DNA of 64,000 bases from an uncultured Campylobacterales bacterium (GCA_964500775.1 CAZCQG010000006.1:5584-69583); one strand, 5' to 3'; shown: positions 14,601 through 21,418, counted from the first letter of the stretch. The notes: generated by a model from the sequence alone, not told the origin. Numbers and translations are program-made.

Positions 14601-15241
14601 GACGGAGTTACTCCTAAATCTGCAGTAGTAATAGCATACGGAGCATCGGAAGTATAATCTCTATGTAGTTTTACCCAGTAAAATTCTGTCGTATCGGCAT
14701 ATGTTTCGGTGTTAAATCTTACTTTAACCCATTGTCCTTCCATGTCAGACACGAAGAATACCCTTACCGCGTTTCCGCCCGGTGTGCTAATATACATTGT
14801 ATACACGGGATCGCCGCCGTCTTTCACGTATTCATTCGGTGAAGAAGCCACAGAACCCAAGTGTTGTAACTCAACTAACACATCATCGGTTGCCGCAATG
14901 GTATTGCCGCTTGGATCCTCGGACCCTACCAACAATTCGACACCTATTTCGGCAATCGCCGGAGTACTTACAACCCAACCGCTTCCGCTTGTGCCGCCGG
15001 TAGCGTTGTCATAATATGTTACGTTTCCGTCAGTATCGGCCTCATCCGTAGACGTAGTACCTAGAACATACGTGGTGTCCCAAGTAGGCACGCTGCTACT
15101 ACTCGTACCGTAGGTATATAACCCCTGTGTACCGAATAGCGTCCACTTTTCATGCGGTATCTCGATCTGAGTCCCCGCATTCACGAAAGCCGGAGCAACC
15201 GCTAACATTGCAGCCGCTATCGCACTAACCTTAATTTTCAT
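11645..15241 (-). CDS. large secreted Cys-free Thr/Ser/Asn/Asp-rich protein (S-layer-like; candidate T2SS substrate)
   Basis: 1198 aa with a signal peptide MKIKVSAIAAAMLAVAPAFVNA|GTQ. By my reading there are no cysteines in the whole protein. It is acidic, rich in T/S/N/G/Y, and ends ...GLGGQSF. A strong SD (AAGAGGAGAGAAAG-ATG) precedes the start. Confidence 0.8.
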   Translation of the reverse strand: MKIKVSAIAAAMLAVAPAFVNAGTQIEIPHEKWTLFGTQGLYTYGTSSSSVPTWDTTYVLGTTSTDEADTDGNVTYYDNATGGTSGSGWVVSTPAIAEIGVELLVGSEDPSGNTIAATDDVLVELQHLGSVASSPNEYVKDGGDPVYTMYISTPGGNAVRVFFVSDMEGQWVKVRFNTETYADTTEFYWVKLHRDYTSDAPYAITTADLGVTPSELAALLSSSSSSTAYSGLDEYLDTNISDNNLTKVIANSMQLTSTDNFDAMSADDNLTLFGYVNGAWGVYDSRLSDSQNSLSSTNDVESAHGYWAYGQWVNNTTAKAGLVLASSDIGESTYGTMNLNSGWHLLSFNDETIRYSAAAAIVDISTSLGYTLRDTFGRNIAGTYWTEANATSALGAALATNDRIVTGDRNGTMYFGNTRAYPMNGTNVLIVSDRKFELNTSVATRPSSGTALPMVAANDNNQTAVYGDYLMAVKLNSAWLNEGNMTGIGHLEIQFADLYHEYTSSGTTVTDSSFYVSTAGATPATLAANIITNLTGSITGNWKKRSDDSTASDLKLKAYELDTNFDGTTDSVLIASNYRFGVADATVVRVYKDDNDQNGTQFYVRASGTDAESSLLSYDDYNHSYAIAQIAGARNDTTKDWNATIVTINSDTNYTVLGADLWRDSYTSTPINDIQILETGTDKGIYLDTRIGALSGSTDMVKGPISNVFTLKNLTGADGHTVASDYNGTFISHGYDLSNPNSSGVIDGNITLGSGSRADLTKAIYWADDMPANNPIQKLVTQTGKNVVSVLTAAQTSTTDGSVRWLGLDATKDAETWFDIDMQDTQELLWTDSKLGYWVRLGDDFTPATITLSNGVTGNSAGYVQVHFDNGVSATTGLGDVRNHINRTVTFKLNGLAGDSGTDYSDNSYNVVASVSGDVIPLRRNSDGTFTLRLNDAYILFADPTTSDVPVIITAYDGFGNTASFATSLYSYWAKPATPTVAYNATGTGLDITSSDTIQVFEGNISDYAFRAGTKTALSITDYSSLGELFGWDANSTLGISAISSTNPYHSLKVLAKNDYYMYSDMQAVNFAPVANSKTDTLTATVANTNYEDTENAVMLNVINYDGYAGSPLKIAFKGEANADTLSMTSATYYDVTTSGGSTIEMQITYHGSFYEGEVFYVYVDGTLYYGTFSTSYNAGSHGTLTEINDYGLGGQSF

Positions 15242-15276
15242 CTTTCTCTCCTCTTGTTAAGATTCTCTAATTTCCC

Positions 15277-15291
15277 TTGGCTTGCGAAGCC
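15277..15291 (-). promoter_or_regulatory. small stable hairpin in the putative 5' leader of the 1198-aa gene
   Basis: TGGCTT-GCG-AAGCCA, a 6-bp stem with a 3-nt loop, lies about 35 nt upstream of the start codon. AT-rich -10-like hexamers occur further upstream (15320-15350). Confidence 0.35.
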
Positions 15292-15366
15292 ACTTAACTG
15301 AATAAAACCAAATGATATAATCCAAACTCAAGATTTATATCGACTGATAAAAAAAATACTTTAATT

Positions 15367-17004
15367 TTACGGATCCAATAAAGTATTTTTTACAGGGATT
15401 AACCTCTTTATGCTTGAAGCACATTCCGTTCCACCTTTATTTTCAAACTCGCCTCTATAGCAAGCGCCGTTTGGTATCTTTACATAAAAGACGCTACCGT
15501 TAAAATATTTCGTGGTGGCACTAATCCTTATATATATATCCTCATCGGGATGTACCTCTATATCATAATAAGGTCCGCACCAAGTTTTTGTCGTTGATGA
15601 GTCACTAATCAACGGATAATAAAAATCAATACCTAAATCTACTTTTTGATAGGCGACTTCTAGCGTCTTATCGGGTACCGCTACAGCCTGCCCGCTACTA
15701 CCGTAGCTGACAAACATTTTTAGCTGAGTAAGATTAGTCTCACACGCATTTGGATCGGCAACGCTCAAACTATAATCATATGGATCCGTTACATTTACCG
15801 TGTATTGTCTCGTGGTAGTATTATTAAACTCATTAGTTGCGCTGACATTCATTGTGGTAGAACCTTCTTTTAGGCCCTCCATACAGATGTATTTATCATC
15901 CGTAGAATCGACGTAACTATTTAATACCGTGCTATCAGCTTCCGTAACACTAAATGAGACATTATCGTCACCGACGGCACAAGATTGTGCGTCAAACAAC
16001 ACACAAGTTACCGTCTCATCGCTAACATTTATATCAAATGAACTTGCCGTAGTATTAATTATCGGGTAATCACCGGATTGGCATGTGGTATTTGTATCAT
16101 CACCGCTATTTATCACTATGACATCATACGTTTTTGATGCACTGTTGCCGTATTTGTTCGTTGCGTTTACCGTCATCGTGGTTATACCTTGCTCGATTCC
16201 CAACATGCAAATGGAGTTATTTATATCTGGATTATTATATGTATAGAGTATAGGTAAACCGACGCTACTGCTCAAGGTGACGTTATTATCTCCTCCCTCG
16301 CAGGATTCTACATCAAACGTATAGCAATTTTTATTTGCCTCTCCCGTGTATATCGCAAAATAATTTACCGTAGTATTTATCACCGGATTATCCGACGAGG
16401 TGCAAATATCCGTTGTATTATCATCTGTTGTATTATCGTCTGTTGTATTATCGTCCATATTGACCACCCACACGTCAATCGTTTTTACGGCAGTATTATC
16501 AAGAGAATTTGTTGCTTGAAGACTTAAAGTCGTATTCCCCTCGCTTAGTCCCTGGACGCATAAAGATGAGTCGCTCTGAATATAGGAGCCGATAACAGAT
16601 GCATTGCCGACCAAATAGTTTAGAGCCACATCGCCTTCCGCACAAGCGGTGATGTCAAAGCTAATGCAATTCAGCCCGCCTACTTGTAAGCCGAGGTAAT
16701 TTACGCTTGACATATTTATAATAGGATCCGTGGTGTTGCATTCGCTCGTACCGTCGTCATAGTACGTATAAGGATTTTTATCGCAGTAGCCTTTCAGACC
16801 AAATCCAAAATCACACATTTGGTTATGTTCTTTGTAATAATCAACGCTTTTTAAAATATTACTGGCAAGGTCTTCGCCGAGTTTGGCAAGACTGCCTCCG
16901 TCGCAACCTTTTATCAACAGGGTTAAAGTCGTTATGATGAGGAATCTGATTCCAGCACTACGCACTATTATCCTTTTTATTGATTTTATATACACGTTAA
17001 ACAA
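15367..17004 (-). CDS. secreted/lipoprotein-like protein with three ~100-aa four-cysteine repeats and a (DDNTT)x3 linker
   Basis: 545 aa. TTG start (an alternative GTG lies 3 codons in). N-terminal hydrophobic segment ends LLIKGC, a possible lipobox. Three repeats of the form C..(D)P(I/V)INT(T/S)....C..FD...C..GD.NV......C..G...G.TT..V.ATN. The C-terminal module resembles that of the 1198-aa protein. Confidence 0.75.
   Translation of the reverse strand: MFNVYIKSIKRIIVRSAGIRFLIITTLTLLIKGCDGGSLAKLGEDLASNILKSVDYYKEHNQMCDFGFGLKGYCDKNPYTYYDDGTSECNTTDPIINMSSVNYLGLQVGGLNCISFDITACAEGDVALNYLVGNASVIGSYIQSDSSLCVQGLSEGNTTLSLQATNSLDNTAVKTIDVWVVNMDDNTTDDNTTDDNTTDICTSSDNPVINTTVNYFAIYTGEANKNCYTFDVESCEGGDNNVTLSSSVGLPILYTYNNPDINNSICMLGIEQGITTMTVNATNKYGNSASKTYDVIVINSGDDTNTTCQSGDYPIINTTASSFDINVSDETVTCVLFDAQSCAVGDDNVSFSVTEADSTVLNSYVDSTDDKYICMEGLKEGSTTMNVSATNEFNNTTTRQYTVNVTDPYDYSLSVADPNACETNLTQLKMFVSYGSSGQAVAVPDKTLEVAYQKVDLGIDFYYPLISDSSTTKTWCGPYYDIEVHPDEDIYIRISATTKYFNGSVFYVKIPNGACYRGEFENKGGTECASSIKRLIPVKNTLLDP
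16411..16455 (-). repeat. 15-bp tandem repeat x3 encoding (DDNTT)3
   Basis: Plus-strand units are cgttgtattatcatc, tgttgtattatcgtc and tgttgtattatcgtc. Two units are identical and one differs at 2 positions. All are in frame within the 545-aa ORF. Confidence 0.9.
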
Positions 17005-17060
17005 TTATCATTCCAAAATTTTCAACGTCTCTTTCGATTTTTTTGGAATGATAATTGTTT
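16999..17060. promoter_or_regulatory. perfect 20-bp inverted repeat (22-nt spacer) in the divergent control region, overlapping the start codon of the 545-aa gene
   Basis: AAACAATTATCATTCCAAAA (16999-17018) is the exact reverse complement of TTTTGGAATGATAATTGTTT (17041-17060). The TTG start (rc of 17002-17004) lies inside the left arm. Confidence 0.5.
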
Positions 17061-17097
17061 GTACGGTGTTTAGTGATATCGACCAAGGAAGGAATTT

Positions 17098-17253
17098 ATG
17101 AAGCTAATTGTCAAATACTTGATAATTGTTATGATAGCGTTAGGGTTTAGTGGATGCATCAGTGCATCATTGGATATCGGCAACAGCGGGAATAAAAATC
17201 AGCAAATGATGGCGCCTAATCCATACTACTACCCACCGCCGTACTACTATTGA
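17098..17253 (+). CDS. small lipoprotein (51 aa) with Tyr/Pro-rich tail, absent from the ORF track
   Basis: ATG at 17098 is preceded by AAGGAAGGA. Translation: MKLIVKYLIIVMIALGFSGCISASLDIGNSGNKNQQMMAPNPYYYPPPYYY*. Lipobox LGFSG|C. Stop TGA at 17251-17253. Confidence 0.5.
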   Translation: MKLIVKYLIIVMIALGFSGCISASLDIGNSGNKNQQMMAPNPYYYPPPYYY

Positions 17254-17319
17254 TAGTAGTCAAAAAAAATAGAAAATAGACGATTTAGTTCTATACAAGT
17301 TAATTTTGGGAGCACGACA

Positions 17320-18876
17320 ATGGGAAGGTTGTTTTACAAAACTTCGATAGTATTTCTGTTCTTAATACTATTGGGTGGATGCGGTTCCGGAACAGCCACG
17401 GATAATACTATCGGTGTTTACAAAGGTCCGGTTTATGAAGGGATCGTGAAGGCTGACGACACCGAATGTACTTATGCGGATAGTCCCGGTATGTACAGTT
17501 GCTCAAATTCTCCGGATGACGGTATTTTTTTATATCCCAATTTGGATGGCATAATATCTTACTGCATCACCGACAACTGCGACGATGGAGCTATTCAGCT
17601 AGATTTTCCGTCAAACAAACTTAATACCCCTTTTATGAAAGCACCCAAAGGCTCAAATAAAATCGATATGATAACGACTGCGATATACGACTTGTGGGAG
17701 TACTACGGCAAGGAAGCCGACATAACAAGCATTGTAGAGTTGGTCGCAGAGATGACGGGAGCCGAGTTACCCTCAAACTATTTAACGAACAATCAAAATA
17801 TTACCAACGACAAAGATATAGCGGTACTCAACTATGCCGTCCAAGATGCGGTGGAGCAATTTATCTCTTTAAAAGAGAGCGGGAGCACCGATGAGAACGC
17901 AAAAACAACCTCAAAAGCTCTTTATGAAACAAGATTAGCACAAAACGGAATAAGTAGCTCTAGTACTTTTGAAGATATAGAATCCAAACTTCTTTCTAAA
18001 TTATCTACCGAAGAGAGTATCAGCTATGAAGAAGTAGATTACACTCCGCCTACGGAAGTAGAAACCGAAGAAGTGACTCTTGCGGTAAACGCAACGGCAG
18101 ATATTACCGTAAACAGTACATTGAGTAACGTAACGGCTACCAGTAGCGATACAAGTATAGCTACCGCCTCCGTAAATAGCAGTGTCGTTACAATTACGGC
18201 AGTCGCATCCGGCGATGCGGTAATTTATATCAAAAACGATGGCGCTACGATTATAGTGGTCAATGTTACCGTTACATCTTCAACCCAGGACGATGACGAC
18301 GACAATACTTCAACGACCGTTGAAGAGACTACGGCAAGCGTCACTCAAGGCTCCACGACCGATGTTTCACTCGATGGAATCACGGGAACGATCACCGTTA
18401 CTACGTCTTCAAGTGCTACGGTAACCGTATCCGTCAGCTCCAACACGCTCACCCTATCCGGCATTTCCGTCGGTAGTGCGACCGTGGAAGTAAGTAGTGA
18501 CGGCGTAGTAGTAAAAAGAATTGCCGTAACGGTACTTGCGCAAGGTATTACGGATGTTACAAACAGCTATTCCATAGATTATACGAGTGATGCGCCGCCG
18601 TCAACATACGAGCAAAATAATTATAAGATTTATCAAAACGGCTCGGCACTAGTAATAGACTTTAGCGACTATGCATTCGGCTTCCCGTCCGTAAAAGTTT
18701 CACAACTTTACGACGTTAAGTACGGCAACGCTTTAAATAACATAAACAACACCGCTACGATAAGCGGACTGACGGCTACGATTTCAACGGGTGCACTGTT
18801 GGATGAATTCTACTTATCATTTGCATGTTATGCCGATAGTATAAGGTCGTCAAAAGCGATTATTAAAAAGAAGTAG
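17320..18876 (+). CDS. lipoprotein with two tandem bacterial Ig-like (Big_2-type) domains
   Basis: 518 aa. Lipobox LLGG|CGSG. Two ~70-aa beta-rich repeats (TLAVNATADITV...SSDTSIATASVNSSVVTITAVASGDAVIYI and SVTQGSTTDVSL...TVSVSSNTLTLSGISVGSATVEV) are separated by QDDDDDNTSTT. GGGAG SD lies 7 nt upstream. Confidence 0.75.
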   Translation: MGRLFYKTSIVFLFLILLGGCGSGTATDNTIGVYKGPVYEGIVKADDTECTYADSPGMYSCSNSPDDGIFLYPNLDGIISYCITDNCDDGAIQLDFPSNKLNTPFMKAPKGSNKIDMITTAIYDLWEYYGKEADITSIVELVAEMTGAELPSNYLTNNQNITNDKDIAVLNYAVQDAVEQFISLKESGSTDENAKTTSKALYETRLAQNGISSSSTFEDIESKLLSKLSTEESISYEEVDYTPPTEVETEEVTLAVNATADITVNSTLSNVTATSSDTSIATASVNSSVVTITAVASGDAVIYIKNDGATIIVVNVTVTSSTQDDDDDNTSTTVEETTASVTQGSTTDVSLDGITGTITVTTSSSATVTVSVSSNTLTLSGISVGSATVEVSSDGVVVKRIAVTVLAQGITDVTNSYSIDYTSDAPPSTYEQNNYKIYQNGSALVIDFSDYAFGFPSVKVSQLYDVKYGNALNNINNTATISGLTATISTGALLDEFYLSFACYADSIRSSKAIIKKK

Positions 18877-18886
18877 TTTTCTAAAT

Positions 18887-19582
18887 ATGGCAAATATTAT
18901 TATTCTATTAATATCTTTGATACTCGGGGGAATAACGCTCTACTTCAGCATAGACGATTCTCCCGTCGCGTTTGAACCTATAAAAAAAGAGGTGCAAAAA
19001 AGCGGCGGTACTAAAAATGTAAGCACTCCTAAAAATATTGACATCGAGTACAAATTACAGGGTAGCAATCTCGAAGAGGAGTTAGCCTCTTTACCTGAAG
19101 ACATTGCAAACCAAAATAGAAAAGTGAGACTGTTTATCGAGCAAAATCAAATGTTCTCATCCTATGATCAAAATTATGACGAAGCTCGGTTTAATGATAA
19201 AAACGGCTCTTATGTGGTTAAAGTGATGGTAAAGAATCCGAACGTAAAAACAACCTCTTTTAAAAAAGAGATTATGACAAACATTACTACTCCTGACGGA
19301 ACGTCTATAAATGCAAAAATTGACCCCGAACTAATAGACACTAATGAAAATGTCTACTTGCTTGTAACCAATACGACCACAAAAAAAGAGCAGTTGGTAA
19401 ACATTACTAAGCAGTTAAACGAACAGGTTAAAAATACCAACGGTAATGTCTTAAGTATCACATACAGCGATAACGACAGCGGCATCTCCGTCCCAAGTGA
19501 TACACAAACAAAGTCTTTTACGATAAAACAGCCTCCTTCGATACCCGATGAGGTGCTAAAAAAATTAGGGATAACCGAATAA
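18887..19582 (+). CDS. hypothetical membrane-anchored protein
   Basis: 231 aa. N-terminal TM helix (IIILLISLILGGITLYF), then a polar Asn/Lys/Thr-rich domain with no recognised motif. Confidence 0.45.
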   Translation: MANIIILLISLILGGITLYFSIDDSPVAFEPIKKEVQKSGGTKNVSTPKNIDIEYKLQGSNLEEELASLPEDIANQNRKVRLFIEQNQMFSSYDQNYDEARFNDKNGSYVVKVMVKNPNVKTTSFKKEIMTNITTPDGTSINAKIDPELIDTNENVYLLVTNTTTKKEQLVNITKQLNEQVKNTNGNVLSITYSDNDSGISVPSDTQTKSFTIKQPPSIPDEVLKKLGITE

Positions 19583-19617
19583 AAAAAGGTATAGCGCTCC
19601 TTATCACGATATTTTTT

Positions 19618-20463
19618 GTGATTACCCTTACGCTACTTATTGCCTACAATCAGCAGCTAGTAGGTTTTATGATAAAAGACACACAAGCGCTCCGTTCCGA
19701 TATTCAGTTCTCCTATCTTCAGGATGAGGTTAGAAAATTCATAGTCGAGAATCTCAAAGAGAGTAAAACCCCCAAAGAGCTCCACACGATATTGGGTTAT
19801 TTTCCGCTATTTTTATCTGCCGAAAAAGAAGACATCGGCGTTCAAATAGATTGCAAATGCGCATCAAATAAAATAAACATAAATGCCATCGCCGAAACAA
19901 ACGGGACTATTCATAAAAATTATTTTGATTTATTTGTCGCTATTTTCGACAAAAACAATATAAGCGACCCCGAATTTTTAGCAAATATGGTTGTAGATGC
20001 TATAGATTCCGATTATGTCGAAAATGATTACGAGAGCGAAATATCATTAAAGAATCCATTGTTTCGACAGGGGAAAATAGTGGACGAAGGGGCTTTTTCG
20101 GAGATTCTATACGCTTATGCAAAAACCAAAAACGATGAAGATGCCCTCAAAGTCGATTGGAATACCTATTTTTCCTACGGTATTTCCGATACGCTCGATT
20201 TTAATTGTATGGATCAAAAACTTATCGATACGATTTTTTCCGATACGATGATCACGAAAGAGAGCGATGTCATCTACGAAAACGCGGATGAATTGTCTCT
20301 GCGGAGTGATGAGGATAAAGAGATTTTGAGCAGATTTAATATACACTTCTATGATTCCAAATTACTATGCAATGTTGCGGTCTCTAAAGACAAAACTATA
20401 AGTACCTATAGTTATCTCATCGATCTTAGCAAGAATAAGGCGGCCTTTTTTGAAAAAAATTAA
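19618..20463 (+). CDS. GspK-like minor pseudopilin (true start probably upstream, see findings)
   Basis: The track start is a GTG in the middle of a hydrophobic helix. The open frame upstream reads ...IRDNRIKKGIALLITIFFVITLTLLIAY, which resembles GspK N-termini (basic leader plus G.ALL helix). An internal KININAI resembles the GspK (K/R)xNxN motif. Confidence 0.5.
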   Translation: MITLTLLIAYNQQLVGFMIKDTQALRSDIQFSYLQDEVRKFIVENLKESKTPKELHTILGYFPLFLSAEKEDIGVQIDCKCASNKININAIAETNGTIHKNYFDLFVAIFDKNNISDPEFLANMVVDAIDSDYVENDYESEISLKNPLFRQGKIVDEGAFSEILYAYAKTKNDEDALKVDWNTYFSYGISDTLDFNCMDQKLIDTIFSDTMITKESDVIYENADELSLRSDEDKEILSRFNIHFYDSKLLCNVAVSKDKTISTYSYLIDLSKNKAAFFEKN

Positions 20464-21418
20464 CCCGACAGGTTTTTTACGATTTTTTAGCCCGAAACGA
20501 CCGAGGGCATTCGTTGATAAAAAAAGCAAACCTTTTCCGAAAGATTTCAATAAAAAAATAGATATTATCCTCTCCCCCTCCTTCTACTGGGCGAGGGTAG
20601 AAAAACTCCCCGTAAAATACGAATATCAAGCCAAATCACTCCTTCCATCGCTTTTTGACGGTATCATCCCCGAGGGTGAGTACAACTACGAAGCGATAAA
20701 AAAAGCAAACGGCGAGTTTTTGGTATTGGCGTACAATTCAAAAGAGATAATCCACACATTAGAAGAGCTTGGATTAAAACTTTCCAAAGTGCGGGATGTT
20801 TATTTCGCGCAAGAGTGCTTCGATGATATGGATATTCCTTTGGAGATAGACGACAAAAATGCGCTCATCAAGCAAGGGGCTCTACTCACCATCATCCCAA
20901 AAGAGCTAGTAGAAAATACCGAATCTCTCAAAGAGCGGCTAAAGACTTTTTCGTTGCCTACCCATAAAATACGATTGAGTCGCTTTGATAAAGTGATAGA
21001 CGAAAAAGGATTGAATAAGATACTGTATCTTCTACTCGGTTTTATCGCCCTGTATCTTGTGCAATTACTCATTTACAAACAAGAGTACAATGCACTTGAC
21101 GAAAAGCAGCGCGAGGTCATCGCAAAATACAATCTTCCGCCAACTTCATTACAGCAAGATGCGATTATCAAAAATCTCTCCGTTATCGAAGATTCTCAAA
21201 CGAATATCAGAAAGGTTCTCATAGCGCTCTTTGACGTTCGATTGAGTTCACAGGAGTATTTCAAAAAAATATCACTCAAAGGGGATAGAATCGAGTTTGA
21301 GATTTTTCTGCTCAATCCAAAAAAGGCAGAGCTTGTTAAAAGCGTTCTCCAAAAACGTATCGATTTTACGAGCATAGTGGTAGAAGAAAATAGCTTGAAA
21401 GCGGCAGCAAAAATATGA
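20450..21418 (+). CDS. GspL-slot bitopic inner-membrane protein
   Basis: 322 aa. A ~190-aa cytoplasmic part (IILSPSFYWARVEKLPV..YQAKSLLPSLFDG resembles the GspL N-terminus), a single TM helix (ILYLLLGFIALYLVQLLIY), and a ~110-aa periplasmic tail. Overlaps the upstream gene by 14 nt. Confidence 0.45.
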   Translation: MKKINPTGFLRFFSPKRPRAFVDKKSKPFPKDFNKKIDIILSPSFYWARVEKLPVKYEYQAKSLLPSLFDGIIPEGEYNYEAIKKANGEFLVLAYNSKEIIHTLEELGLKLSKVRDVYFAQECFDDMDIPLEIDDKNALIKQGALLTIIPKELVENTESLKERLKTFSLPTHKIRLSRFDKVIDEKGLNKILYLLLGFIALYLVQLLIYKQEYNALDEKQREVIAKYNLPPTSLQQDAIIKNLSVIEDSQTNIRKVLIALFDVRLSSQEYFKKISLKGDRIEFEIFLLNPKKAELVKSVLQKRIDFTSIVVEENSLKAAAKI

